DNA from: Phoronis australis
Taxonomy: Eukaryota; Animalia; Phoronida
DNA: 64,000 nucleotides
Direction of reading: 5' to 3'
Assembly: GCA_002633005.1 (NCBI GenBank)
Contig: NMRA01000933.1
Coordinates: forward strand, 17,134-81,133
Shown: piece by piece, positions 39,746-52,958 of the stretch
Layout of the letters: the number at the start of each line of letters is the position of its first letter
Numbering within the stretch: the stretch's first letter is position 1
Position numbers and translations under genes: made by a program
Notes under the pieces: generated by a model
Databases searched by the model: none
Seen by the model: the letters and a program-made list of their open reading frames with translations, nothing else
Told to the model about the DNA's origin: nothing

Positions 39746-39797
39746 AAATACTCCACGGCGGTTGGTAGTGAAAAAAAANATTCTTTGGCACTACTAT

Positions 39798-39954
39798 CAG
39801 GGGCGGATCCAGGATTTTTAGCTGGGGAGGGGGACAGGGTACAGCATTAGCCAGGATTTTGCCCTTCAGACATTCGCAGCCCCGTACAGCCAAATGGAAT
39901 CTGGGAGAATTTTAGGGGGTATGGCCCGCTTGTGCTCCTCTAAATCCGCCACTG
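39798..39954. mobile_element. Duplicate of the 36380-36521 MITE
   Basis: ACTAT|CAGGGGCGGATCCAG ... ATCCGCCACTG|ACTAT. Confidence 0.8.
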
Positions 39955-41500
39955 ACTATTGGTTTGCATCGAAATGGGTCACAACCCTTCGTCATACATT
40001 CTTGTAACCATGTGTCACTGTATTTCTGCCTGATGATGAGGCAGGAACAATCTCGTATCAATAGTATTCTTAGGTCTCATGGGCGTCTGCTTTATTGTTG
40101 GACTGCAAACGGCCGTCAAAGATACAGAGAGCTCGAGTGAACATCGCTAAAAATTATAAATCGCGAACATTGTGTGTTGAAGAGTTGAATTGTCATGAAT
40201 CATGTGATCAATTTTGTCTTTCAATGTTATCAGCTATAATTGTTTTACAATCAGCGTATCACGAAGCAAATTATAAAACTGCGGTGTATCCTGTCCTTAG
40301 CGCTTTCTCGAGGTGGCAATTGCAAGGGCCAACAGAAACTTCTTCGGGTGTCAGATGCTATCAGACACGTTGTTTTGACCGAGCTCTGATCAAAACTAAT
40401 AACTTCAAAAACTCTATCCCACCAAACAATAATCACAAACCTCGTCTTCGACCGCAAAACCATAGTGTTTCGACAGCCCCGCGACTTTTTCGAAAACTGT
40501 GACAAACCCCCCAATTATTATTGTACAGGAGGGAGTAAACTGGACACTTCTCTTGTTCGAGCTTTCTTCCTCTGTCTAAGGACGGCATAACTTTAGTAAC
40601 TGGCCAGATGAAAACGATAAAAATGCACTTTCCTTGGCGACGACCACAAGTTTGTAAACAAGAAAATTATGCAAAACGTAAATTAAAAGCCTTTCACACT
40701 AAGTTGACGCTTCAGTGTTTAGGGGAGTGTAGGTCAATAGGAAGGCTTAAACTCGGTCTTGGGTCAGCTTAAGTTCACTTCGCAGTAAACAGGTGGATTT
40801 AATAACAAAGGGTCGACTCGTCGCTACAGTGCCGGAACGCCCAATTGCGGTGTTAACGGTGAAGGTCGTATACGCCACCTTGAGATAACTTCGATTTCGA
40901 TAGCGTAACCTAACGATAAATCCGATGTGTGTTAGTTACAGAAGGTAATGAGAAAGCTCAAATTAACTTCGCACAAGTTAACTTCGCAGTTTACGCCGAT
41001 TCTTCGATAGCACCCGATTCAACTTTGTACTGACAAGGCTGCAGTACTAAATAAACTTTCCGCAGCCAGTCCAAATGAAAACACGTTCCGTGTCCCGAAT
41101 TTCCTAGCTTAAACAATAAACGTTTAGTTACCCATTTATTGGAAACACAGATTGTGTTAAATCTTTTGGACATTTGACACGACGTTAAATTCAAACTGGG
41201 GTGGTGTATTTTCAGCAGTGGCTGACTGAACACGTTAAAAAGAAACTGCCTATACAGACACCTCGGTGACATATTTAATCTCTCCACATAACTAACAGAG
41301 ACTTGGCAAGACTAAATCATTTTGATGTATATCGAAACATGTAACGGTGGTCCGTATTTTTACAGAAGTTGGCGCATTTTTCTTATTTCCCCGTATCTCC
41401 CAAAAAGTGCCCTCATGCGTGCTTTCAGAAAGAAGTACAGACAACAACTTGACCACGCGCAGACATGTATGTTCTGCCCAACATCTCGTATTTGTACCTT

Positions 41501-41897
41501 TAGACCGGGACCACAGAGCTTTTTTGGGCATGAAAGGGTAACCAGTTTCCTTTGGTGCCACAGTGCTCTATGGGTATCCTCGTGCTTGGATATGGCCGTC
41601 TGGCAGGTTCGCTTTGGCGGGTGTGGTCAGGGGAGCCAAGAGAATGACACTCAAAAATTCAGCTAGGTCAACTTATCTGGTAACCTTCGATATCTATTAC
41701 CTAATCCACTGTATCAAAATTGGTCACTGCCAGACAATTTCAGTGGTGGGGAGTATCAGCCAGACGGTTATAAACAAGTTAAAAAATTGAGCTAGATCAA
41801 TCCAAGAGGTAACCACATGAAACCAGTTGCAAAATATTCACCGTGAGCACAGGTATCACGAATGAACACTGCCAGACAAATCTAGTGGTGGGTTAGC
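41501..41897 (+). repeat. Head plus ~140-bp tandem element, shortened copy
   Basis: Homologous to 38104-38512. Confidence 0.85.
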
Positions 41898-42426
41898 ATG
41901 CAGAGATTTGGTCGATACAGGGGCGACTTTTTATTGGACGCCTCCCTCAACTCAAATGCATATATTCTATTGAGGCTCGTAGCCAGCATTGAGTGGGGGT
42001 GGTTCGAATTTGAAGAACGGTGGACCTTTGATATTTTGCAAACGTCGACACTGTAGAGTTTTCGGCAAGGCCTTTGACGCAGCTCAATTAGGGGGAAGGG
42101 AAATCTGTATGCACAACGATGACTCTCAGCTCTGTCTTCATGAGATGAGACGGAATTTGTACAATACCAGAAAGAGGATACTGTGACGGTTGCTTGCAAA
42201 GAACGGGAGACAAATTCGGGTGTAATGTGGTCCAGAAAGAGAACATTCTCGCATTATCTCCTGCCGAAGTTTCAAATCAGCCATGTTTCAATGAGTGATT
42301 GCACCTCATTGCATACTCAGACGGAAATATGAAGTTTAGTCGGCAAATGACTTAATAGCGGAGTTGCAACGCCGCCATATTGGAAATGGGTCAGAATGTT
42401 GCATTGTGGTTAAGCCGGTAAACAAG

Positions 42427-42692
42427 TACGTCGGCAAGCGTGGGGGCGAACCGGCCACAGGGAGGTTATACGTGTTGTGAGCCTGGCATGCTATAATACC
42501 AGTTAGCGAAATAAAAAGTTTAGTTACTACCTGTTTCCCAAGGATCAAGAACTGCGTTAAACATGGGTCAGAGACATCGGTAGAGCTGGTAGCAAAGGCC
42601 GACTTCGTGAATTCTTTCCGACTTCGTAGCATAAAGTGTGCAGCGCTCATTTTGAGGGCGGCAAGAAAACGTATCTTAGAAACTGCCCAACA
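42427..42692 (+). pseudogene. Duplicate THAP remnant, cut by the gap
   Basis: Identical by eye to 39455-39720. Confidence 0.8.
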
Positions 42693-43569
42693 NNNNNNNN
42701 NNNNNNNNNNNNNNNNNNNNNNNNNNNNNNNNNNNNNNNNNNNNNNNNNNNNNNNNNNNNNNNNNNNNNNNNNNNNNNNNNNNNNNNNNNNNNNNNNNNN
42801 NNNNNNNNNNNNNNNNNNNNNNNNNNNNNNNNNNNNNNNNNNNNNNNNNNNNNNNNNNNNNNNNNNNNNNNNNNNNNNNNNNNNNNNNNNNNNNNNNNNN
42901 NNNNNNNNNNNNNNNNNNNNNNNNNNNNNNNNNNNNNNNNNNNNNNNNNNNNNNNNNNNNNNNNNNNNNNNNNNNNNNNNNNNNNNNNNNNNNNNNNNNN
43001 NNNNNNNNNNNNNNNNNNNNNNNNNNNNNNNNNNNNNNNNNNNNNNNNNNNNNNNNNNNNNNNNNNNNNNNNNNNNNNNNNNNNNNNNNNNNNNNNNNNN
43101 NNNNNNNNNNNNNNNNNNNNNNNNNNNNNNNNNNNNNNNNNNNNNNNNNNNNNNNNNNNNNNNNNNNNNNNNNNNNNNNNNNNNNNNNNNNNNNNNNNNN
43201 NNNNNNNNNNNNNNNNNNNNNNNNNNNNNNNNNNNNNNNNNNNNNNNNNNNNNNNNNNNNNNNNNNNNNNNNNNNNNNNNNNNNNNNNNNNNNNNNNNNN
43301 NNNNNNNNNNNNNNNNNNNNNNNNNNNNNNNNNNNNNNNNNNNNNNNNNNNNNNNNNNNNNNNNNNNNNNNNNNNNNNNNNNNNNNNNNNNNNNNNNNNN
43401 NNNNNNNNNNNNNNNNNNNNNNNNNNNNNNNNNNNNNNNNNNNNNNNNNNNNNNNNNNNNNNNNNNNNNNNNNNNNNNNNNNNNNNNNNNNNNNNNNNNN
43501 NNNNNNNNNNNNNNNNNNNNNNNNNNNNNNNNNNNNNNNNNNNNNNNNNNNNNNNNNNNNNNNNNNNNN
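42693..43569. other. Assembly gap (N run)
   Basis: N bases. Confidence 1.
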
Positions 43570-44519
43570 TGATAAATTGGAGACGTTAGAACTGTAGGTA
43601 AGGGCATTTTTCGCATGTAGTTCATGGACTGGGCGCTTACTTTAGCAAAGTCTGAAAACGCGTTGGGGCACTTGTTGAGCCATGGGCGCTAATTAGGGCG
43701 AATAGCGGCAGAATTACATACAGCAGCGTAGTTTAATGCACACAAATTAGACGTCGTGCAAACCAGTCGGTCATCCCGTTTACCATCAACAATCCCAGTA
43801 GCCTTTGCGCACCCTAATTTCCGGACATGCGCAATCGTTAAATCGATTCGGTTGCAACTCCGCTATTGGCAAAACTGTTTTTCTGGTTGTATTACTTAAG
43901 TTGCTTACATCGCTGCTAAATGAGAACAGCCCACTATTTCAAAGGTTCACTACCAGTAGATTCACTATTACGAAGGCTCACTGCTCCAAAAATATGCAAA
44001 CTCAGATGTGATTTTTAACCTTTTACATGCAAAAATAAACGATCTTTTGGTTATTAGATGCACCTATACCGAAAGCAACGCCCGGGCATTAAAGCACTTT
44101 GTTTGAATTTCACGGCATGTAGACAGTGACCACCGTCTCCAGCTGACAAGCACAACTTAGGAAACGGTTGACAGGTTTCACTGAGCATAATCGAGAAATT
44201 TCCCGCATGTCTTAAAATGAGTACACACTTGCATTTTAAAATGATCTGAAGTAGAATACAGATGAATTATCAACCATGTCACATTCATCAAATCCCCATG
44301 TCAAGATGGCATTGCAGTGCGACGCACAAGGACGGGTCGAAACTAAATGAAGTTAATAGGCCACCCTGTCCCTGCCAGTTTTCACGAAGTCAGGGAATCC
44401 CATTCAGTCTTCTTAAATTTGAAACCGCCGTTGGTCGCCGAAGCCTTGGTGCGTGCCCCAGATGTTGTCTCTGCTTGAGAATATGAGTCGTGATCACACA
44501 ATCAAGAGTAGAGAACTGT

Positions 44520-44640
44520 CGGAGTTTTGGAATAGTGGAAATTCAAAATAGTGCGAATCTTAGAAGGTAACGAACCTTCGGAGTAGTGGACATTCGGAGT
44601 ACTGGACCTTCGGAGTATTAAACCTTCGTCATAGTGACAT
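44520..44640 (+). repeat. Degenerate ~16-17-bp tandem repeat (CCTTCGGAGTAGTGRA)
   Basis: Several imperfect units; same family inverted at 58020-58090. Confidence 0.65.
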
Positions 44641-47586
44641 GGAGCCTTGGAAATCTTTTCCATTAAGTTTGAAGCTCGATCGTATGAAGTCTGCAGGGTT
44701 GTGCACCATTGACATTGATTGACTACAGAAGATTTTCATTGACCATCATAACGTGAAAAAACTCGACAGGTTACTCTCAGTGCAAGAAAACACGGTAGTT
44801 GAATGTCTGAATTTTGAGCACGACAGAGGACTGCCTGTAATGAACTCACTGAATTTAAAAGAACAGAAACGCTCTCACGTTTACACGCGTGGATGTCAAT
44901 CCACAAATCCACAATCAAAGTGGACACTGGATGACAACATACTTGCATATTTGACGACCACTTTCAATTCAAAAATTGAAAACGCCTACACTTCTACCGT
45001 ACTATGCTTGCAATTAAACCAAAATAGCAGAATAACAAATCTGTTTTCTGCTCTTTGGTTTCTTGGCCGAGATTAAGGCATTCACGCCAAACTTATTTTT
45101 TGGGAGCTCTCTTGTTGCTAAACTCGTATGCTTAGGTATAGACATTCATTTCTAGACTCCGTTGTTACCCTTTGTTGTAGCCACCACAAGCATAGTTTAT
45201 GAATAACATAAAGCCTCCTCTTATTGTATGCACGATCCTGTCATCTGCAAACAGCAGCACTCGGGCGAATTTGGTCGAGTACGGCCCGATGCCACGCGAA
45301 GCGCTTTGAATCAGAAGCAAATTCAAAATTATTACTCAGTATTTTAGTTGTCATTGTACTTAGTAGCACCAGTAGCTGTAACAGTTTTGTTGTTGTTGTC
45401 CATTTGTATCCTATCTTTCTTACCGTGAATAATACGCTTACAAGGAAGTCACGCATTTCTAAAGACATGAGGGAATTTTCACAGCTCGTCCTTCGGAGCG
45501 GCTTGTACAAGGATCAAAGAGGGGCCGGAATCAGGTACAGTTGTGATGACCGCATTGCCCGACGCGAGCAAGACCCAATTAAATGTAATTATCCGACCAT
45601 AAACTGTATTAGACATCTCTGCCTGTACATAATGGCGAATTTTCAAAATGCATTAACCACTAATTTTCGTCACGAACACCACGGCGGTATTCAGCTGGAA
45701 AAAAAACAACCAAGTACGGTTTTCGATTTTTAAAAATCGATGAACTGATAATCTAAAAACTACAACCATTGGGTACCATTGAAGATAAACTACCGCGCGT
45801 ATTGATATACATGTACTCGGTGGATATACAAACGCTGATCAGAGTTAACAATATCACTTGGATTCATTTTTTAACATTCTTCCAATCTCGTTTAACCCGA
45901 TTTTTGACCAGGAAACAGTTGTTGTGACCACTTTTCATTTTTTATTACTGAGATAGAATAGTTATGTAGTCAGTGCAACTGAAATTGTCCAGAGATCCCA
46001 AATCTTGAGTTTGGTTATCACCATATTTGCACTTTTGTTTATATTTTATAATTTGAGTTCTAATAAAGATAAAACTTTAATGACACGTGAAATGTTTAGT
46101 GTACCTGTAATGTGATAAGTTAGGGATGGGCTCACAATGAACTTAACTAATTAAGTTTAGCTGGCGATCAAAATCTACGACTGTTTTGGTACTTCAAGTT
46201 CAAAACTTAGATAAAAAGTTATCAACCAGTTCCCGGTAAGAGAAAAAACAAGTGAGCATTAAAAATTAAATAAGGAAAACCTATACAAAATTTATCGTTC
46301 CTTTGGGAAGTGGCCCTTTGTGAAGAAAAAACACAAGTTAACCTTTTTAGTCATTTTGTAATATTTATAATGTACCAAGTTAAAACTACTCTCCAGAGTT
46401 GCAGGCTATAACTCTGCAAAGTTCAGAGAAAACCAAATTGGGGGTATTAATAACAACCATTGTTAAGACAGTAATGCTAGCAATTGTCTTTCCACTTCAT
46501 TAGCTCAGATCTACTTCAATACAAAGGGCGTGCTGAATAGGCATCGTAACAGTTGTCTGGGGCTTAGGGAATCAGAGCAGTCAGCAGTGTAAGTGAGAAA
46601 TTCTCCACATGTTAACAAATATGCTGGGGCTGGACCTTTTCAGCGGTGGAGGGGTTCGATCGAAAAAAGGTGAAACATAAACTAGAATCATTATTTGATT
46701 CAACTGCAAATCAGTAAGGATTTCCAAAAATATTGGATACTTCCTCCCCCAATGTGGATGCCCAAGGCCGTCGCCACAATGATGGCTGAGCACCATATAC
46801 AACATCTATGAATAATTAATTTGAACGTCTTTTATATTCACTATGAATAGAAAAAGCGAACAGTTCCATTGTCCGCATATCTGCGTCGTGCAAATGAAAT
46901 GATTGTCAATCTTAATAAACTGAAGAACTATCAGGACTCGTTATTCCTATGACAATGTTCCCCATCTGGCGTAGTTTGGGCGGTTCAGGGCAAAGAATAC
47001 ATCTAGCATTGTTGGGGAAACTGTTGATATAGCAACTGACGTCATTGGTATAGACCATTTCTGGAGTTCTCTGTAGGCTCGGTTTATGAGAAAGATGGAG
47101 ATTGTCCAAAACTGATCAGTTTTCCCAAATTTGACATTAATCACTGTGTGAAATGAAAGAAGCTGGCGCGTATATATAACGCAGACCACAGCAAAAGACG
47201 GCATTTCGATTACTCGTCGTCTTAGCAGTTGCATCAAATGATTTGTCAGGGGGACGCTGTTTAGACTGGTAAAATAGGACAACGGAAAATCGAAATTCGT
47301 GCAAACACAATGTGCCATCCGTCACGGACGGATTTTCGGTTTTGTTTTTAAAAGTGAATCATATGAGTATTCCATTGTTGTCGCATGGACTTGTGAGATC
47401 GCTCCAATCACAGGCGCGATGTTTCTGGTTTTCATGCCCTGACAAAAATGTCTCACCTTGTGTGGTGACTTATGTCGTACGGACTCAATGGCTTTATTAA
47501 AGATCGAAGTGCCTGGTTCCTCAATGTGATGCTTATTCAGCCTGAATGGGCTTATAACCAACTTTTGTTTCGACTCTTTATAATTT

Positions 47587-48418
47587 GTCTGACGGGGGCA
47601 CTACACCGCTGAAATTGTTTGGCATCTTACTGTTGTGCCACGTGCTGACCATCGTGCAATTGATTTCAAACGGTTACCTGGTGGATTGGTCAAGCTCAGC
47701 TCAGGTACTTGGGCGTATCTGACGGGGCTAACCCACCACTAGATTTGTATGGCAGTATTTATTCTTGATGCCTGGGCTTACGACGAATATTTCGCAACTG
47801 GTTTCATGCGGTTACCTCTTGGGTTGATCTAGCTCAATTTTTAACCCTTTTTGATAATCGTCTGGCAGGGCCACCCCACCACTGAAATTGTCTGGCATCT
47901 AACTGTTGTGCCATGTTCAGTGATGCTGAACATCGAGCAATTTGTTTCAAACGGTTACCTGGTGGGTTGATCTAGCTCAACTCGGGTATTTGGGCGTGTC
48001 TGGCGTGGCTAACCCACCACTAGATTTGTCTGGCAGTGTTCATTCGTGATACCTGGGCTCGCTGTGAATATTTTGCAACTGGTTTCATGCGGTTACCTCT
48101 TGGATTGATCCAGTTCATTTTTTACCTTGTTTATAACCGTCTGGCTGATACTCCCCACCACTGAAATTGTCTGGCAGTGACCAATTTTGACACATTGGAT
48201 TACCTAGTAGGTATCGAATGCAGTTTGAAGTGGTTACCAGAAAAGTTGATCTAGCTCAATATTTGAATGCCATTCTCCTGGCTCCCCTGACCACACCCAC
48301 CAGCGCGAACCTGCCAGACGGATATTTTCAAGCATGAGGATACCCATAGACAAATGTGGTAAGAAAGGAAATTGTTTACCTTTTCATGCCCCAAAAAAGC
48401 TCTGAGGATCCGGGTCAA
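47587..48418 (-). repeat. Inverted copy of the head plus ~140-bp tandem element (~5 monomers)
   Basis: Reverse complement of 38104-38850 including the head (cccctgaccacacccaccagcgcgaacctgccagacgg). Confidence 0.88.
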
Positions 48419-49052
48419 CTTGATCACATATCAATCAGTGCTCGGTCGATCCCGCTGGTCTGAGATGCACAGTCATTCGGAACACTTCGGGTATTGTTAT
48501 AGCCTCAAATTTCCCCTCAGATGTGAACGTTGCGAGTCCCTGATCAAGCCCAGCAAAAGACGATTCTTATCGGATCGATACTGGCGTTTAGTGATTTTTG
48601 ACCCAGACGCAAAGCCGGCACTCGGGATAATCGTTCTAATGTTAGACCATTTTTATGATGCAATCTCATCGTATAGGTGTCAAAATCTTTATGTGCTTAA
48701 GAGTATAGTGCTTAACGGAAAACTTTCACATAGGGAAAGCAACTGTTTTTAGTGTCATTTTTGGCTACACTTCTATTTTTAGACAATGTCTAAAGTTAAT
48801 TAAATTCCGTCGGTCTTAATTAATTGTAGATGCGTCACTCCCAATGTAACTTCCCAGGCCAGGTAACTTTCTGCGACAATTCATTGTGGACATCTGTTGA
48901 CTGAATGATATTTTCATAAAATTGCGGTAATTACCTCCTTTCGACGCTTATTGTCGACCAGTCTTAGATTGAACTAGAGCTCATGTGAGTGGAATTTAGC
49001 CATTGGGCACACTTTACTGACTTTGTCAATTCACAGGGACAACCGGGGTATA

Positions 49053-49189
49053 GTCCAATAACGGTAGGACCTCGCAAAAAAGTAAGACTTCGTGAGATTA
49101 CGTGAGATATTGCCGTGTATTTTAATAGAAAACGGATGATTTTGACTAAATTTTAGCAAGGTCCTAGCATAGGTCCTAGCGTTACTGAA
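49053..49189 (-). mobile_element. GCTAGGACCT-family MITE, copy 3 (more diverged)
   Basis: aagacttcgtgagattacgtgagatattgccgtg ... aggtcctagcgttactgaa. Confidence 0.7.
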
Positions 49190-49553
49190 GTTTACCCTGT
49201 TCTTAGGTCTTGGTGAAGACTTCTGACTTTTAAACCAATGAAATGTCTTAAGCGGTTGATTGGGCGGAAGCGGTGAAGACAGTTAAGTGCAGCTACTTTT
49301 TGATCTGCAGTGGTGTGCATGCGGATAACTGCAGTCGGCGACCGCAAAAAAAGAATCACGTACATGATGAAGCTGTGCTGGTTGCTGTCCTTTGATGTTA
49401 CGGTGATTGTTTTCATGTGCAGATGGTGCCTACTTCGTGACCTTGCCAGTGAGCGACTACAGTGGCTGTAGCTCGCTACGCTTCGTGAGTCCCACAAGGC
49501 CGAGAAGGGAAATGCGGACAGTATGGCATGGCCTTCAGAACCTATTTAGTTAA

Positions 49554-49704
49554 CATGGGCAGGCAGCGCCATATAGGGGGATAGGGGGGCTTTAGCCCCC
49601 CCCACTTTTTTCAGTGCTACGCCGCACATGGTCTACAGGCGATGCACCACAGGGGGCTAAGTAGGCTTTAGCCCTCCACTTTTTTTAGTGCTGCGCCGCC
49701 CATG
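49554..49704 (+). mobile_element. Dimeric ~150-bp hAT-like micro-MITE, copy 1
   Basis: CATGGGC.GGCAGC ... GCTGCGCCGCCCATG; two ~72-bp head-to-tail monomers; homologous to 53498-53639. Confidence 0.7.
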
Positions 49705-50679
49705 TAGTAGGTACCTTCACGATTTCTGCATACATGCCCACTTAGTAATCTGGACGTAAGAAATATTTTGCACAATGGCGTGAAAGGGCAATGCTGGATT
49801 CCTGTCACGAACGAGCCAGCTCCGACGGATTTTGTCACCCACTAATCGATGAGACGAACTCTTTGAGAGCTTTGCTTGCATTCTGGTAGGCAACGACTTC
49901 CAGACATAACCAATAAGGACCCAAGAAAGACAAATAACGGTCTAACTTGTTACAATTAAAGCCGACGCACAAAATAACGCATCGGATGTCAAACGCTATC
50001 AGAAGCTCATATAAACAAAGCTCGTGGGGGCTGATTCGAGCCGCGAACGTCACTATCACAGTGACGCATGCTAATTAGAATCTGGGAAAATTAGATAATC
50101 TGAAAAATTATCCAGGATAACCAGAAAATTTAGCAAAAGCGACTCTAGAAAGAGCACAATTAATTTGTCTGTTGAAGTTAAGTGTAATTTCCATAAAAAA
50201 CCCTTTTCAGGCAAATTTGCCACCTGCCCATGCACGAAAATGGACTAGGCCGGTTGTGAATATCATACTAAGTACGTGTCTAATTGAATGAGTCGCGATT
50301 TATTTCACTACATCTACCGGGCTCTCTGTCGATACTTGCAAATTACAGTAACAAGCTCGTCAATAATAGTTCATAGCGTCGAGATGAGCGATTGGCAACG
50401 ACAACGGAGAAACTCATTAACGGGGACAGTCGCTGTCGGCTAAAGCGTGCCTTTGGGTGTAAACAAACCTCGAGAAATATGTACGGTGATGTTATTCTAA
50501 ACATTGAAAACTTTCAGTTCAAATATTTTCATCATCTGTAAATTGTGGACGTGTTTACAAAGGCAGCAACCTAGGTGTTACGTGCAGAGTTCGTGTTAGT
50601 CCATCGTATTAACAGGTTTATGAAGACCACCGTCTCCACTGAGAGTACTTGTGGCTGAACATCGGGGAGTCATATCGGA

Positions 50680-51783
50680 ATGGATCCCGTAACACCGGTC
50701 GGTAAGAACGCTTCAAATGGGTTAGATGTGTTGACAATCAACTGGTCATGGGTCGAGTGGGTGGACATGACACTTGCTGAGCCCAGCATGGTTTGTGAGC
50801 TCATTGTTAACTCAGCTGCGATCATAGTTAATATATTGGCACTGGCGGCCTTAATGCTCCTCCCCAAAAAGAAACCCTCGATTGTACTTCTTCTCAATCT
50901 AGCTGTGTCTGAACTTCTCTGGCCTGCGTCTTATGTGGCGATGTTATGTATACAAATGACAGCTACAAATGGCACGGAAGCGGTGCTGAAGGTGACCTAT
51001 TCTGTAGCAGATAGTCTGATGTGTGTGATGTACATGACGATTTTCTGCATCACTATGGATCGCTTGGTGGCTAGCTTGACCATCAACTATTCGAGGATTG
51101 TTACCAAGATACGAATCCTCGTGGTGGTCATGACATGCTGGATAGTATCATTGATTTTCGGATTCCTGCCGCTCATTTATTCATCCGTATCCCCCGAAAC
51201 ACGAGGTAATGCAACAGAAAACACCGTGTATCAGAAAGTAGCTGGTCAGTTACGATGGTTCCTAACAGCGTGCATTTGTATTCTTTTTGTGGTTATGTTG
51301 TTTGCTTATGCATTTATTTTCCAAAAAATCCGTAGACAACGCAGTATGTTACACTCGGGAAATACGGTGAATCATGAAGTGAAGAGAGGTGCTATAACAT
51401 CCTTTCTTATAGTAATGACCTTTGCCGTTTGTTGGTTTCCTTACACTATTTATTACTTGTACGTGGAGTTCAGCATTACACAGGCGGAATTCTACTCGTA
51501 CCCCTATTATCGAACGTTCAAAATTGTGTTCAATGTTTTAAATGTTCTGTATCGCTGTAACTTCGTCATCAATCCTTTAATTTACATATCACGTAACCAG
51601 GCGCTTAAGAAGTCGCTTGTAAGATCTATCGGTAATATCAAAGTGTGCAAGTGCTTAAGTAGCTGTCATACTGTAAATACCAACGACACCGCTTGGACCG
51701 AGTTGCAATCTTTTCGGCAACGGCGAACCAACGACGCCAACTCTGGCACAGTAACTGCTTCGTTCATCAGCAAAGATGCGTAG
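50680..51783 (+). CDS. Intronless rhodopsin-family (class A) GPCR, orphan, 367 aa
   Basis: Uninterrupted ORF; seven hydrophobic segments; TM1 N, TM2 NLAVSE, TM3 DRL, TM4 W, TM6 FAVCWFPY, TM7 NPLIY; N-terminal NxS sequons; C-terminal cysteines. Confidence 0.95.
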   Translation: MDPVTPVGKNASNGLDVLTINWSWVEWVDMTLAEPSMVCELIVNSAAIIVNILALAALMLLPKKKPSIVLLLNLAVSELLWPASYVAMLCIQMTATNGTEAVLKVTYSVADSLMCVMYMTIFCITMDRLVASLTINYSRIVTKIRILVVVMTCWIVSLIFGFLPLIYSSVSPETRGNATENTVYQKVAGQLRWFLTACICILFVVMLFAYAFIFQKIRRQRSMLHSGNTVNHEVKRGAITSFLIVMTFAVCWFPYTIYYLYVEFSITQAEFYSYPYYRTFKIVFNVLNVLYRCNFVINPLIYISRNQALKKSLVRSIGNIKVCKCLSSCHTVNTNDTAWTELQSFRQRRTNDANSGTVTASFISKDA

Positions 51784-52879
51784 TATGGTAGCTTATTTAC
51801 CTGTTGCCTACCTAACGTTGGCTTACGCACCTGTAAGGAAGAAATCAAGAGGGAACAGTGTTAAAGCTGCAATGTTTCATTTTCCAGATGGGCACGTGAA
51901 TAACAATTCCCACAATATGAACCATACCTCAAAACCATATTTCGTACTTGAAAATAAACAATTGGACTACTAAACTGCATTTTATATGGATTATGTTCTG
52001 TGGCACGCAGAAGGAAGGTTTAACAGCTTAAGGGTATTTACATAGTAGGATGGACAGTCGGTAAGACTTAATTTCGTTGCAACAGTTTGTTCCTAGCGAT
52101 ATTATCAGTTATTACACTTAGAACAACCGCCCTCTATCGCCGTCTCACCTAGATCTTGTTTCCTTCTCTGTTCGTTATATCGTCATTTAGTCTAGTGTTC
52201 AATAGGTAACTCACTGTAGTGACAAGTCGTACCAAACTTTTTGAATGTGAAGACGAGTGCATATGATAGAACTCTATGGATTTCTAGTACAATGGGCTCA
52301 GTACGTTCACTAATGTTCAATAAGTTTTGGCCTCGAGCGAAATTCCCGGTCTGCCTGGAAGTGGACAGTCACCAGGCAGCGAGTCAACTCAACAAGAACT
52401 GTCAAATATCATTTTGTGGAAATTGACGACAATTGGTGAGTCCGCTCAAAAAACATTCGGCAAAGAACCCTTTTCAATCGCGTTTGAAAAAATACGACTA
52501 AGGGAAGCAGAAGAAATGAAGCCCTGTTATCCACAGCTTAAATATTCACTTGACGTTGATTTTAATGCCCGATATTACAGGATGATCTTCCTTTTGTCGA
52601 CGGAAACTACCCGTATATGGTGACATGGGGAGAGAACCCAGAACATGTATCATAAGTAAATACATAATAGCTAGTGTTAGCTTACGAAGTAAATTTGGAA
52701 GGGGTTAGATCGGACATGAAGTCGGAGTGTGTCAATTTTTCTTATGGCGGTGTACGTAATAGCTTTTGTTTTAATACCATTTTCATTTTGGTAGACATCA
52801 CACGTCGCAAGTGACGTCTCATCTCAAATATCTGCTTAAGGATAAAATTGACGATCGATAAAGTAATTATCACTTTACT

Positions 52880-52958
52880 GCGTAAAGTAATTATTTGCGG
52901 CGTTAAAAGTCACTTTAAGAAGCAAAAATACTTTACGCCGCAAATAATTACTTTACGC
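52880..52958. repeat. Inverted repeat/hairpin with 24-bp perfect arms
   Basis: GCGTAAAGTAATTATTTGCGGCGT ... ACGCCGCAAATAATTACTTTACGC. Confidence 0.85.

Larger units (their letters stand above)
36363..42692 (+). repeat. Tandem duplication: copy A 36363-39779, copy B 39781-42692 (runs into gap)
   Basis: Collinear sequence with the same nested insertions; copy B lacks ~38513-38923; single N at the junction (39779). Confidence 0.95.

Noticed and set aside
42336-43625. 317-429 aa ORFs
   Set aside because: Artefacts of the N gap; only the THAP remnant before it is real
45224-45733. 169-aa ORF
   Set aside because: Non-ATG start, no recognisable motif or splice support
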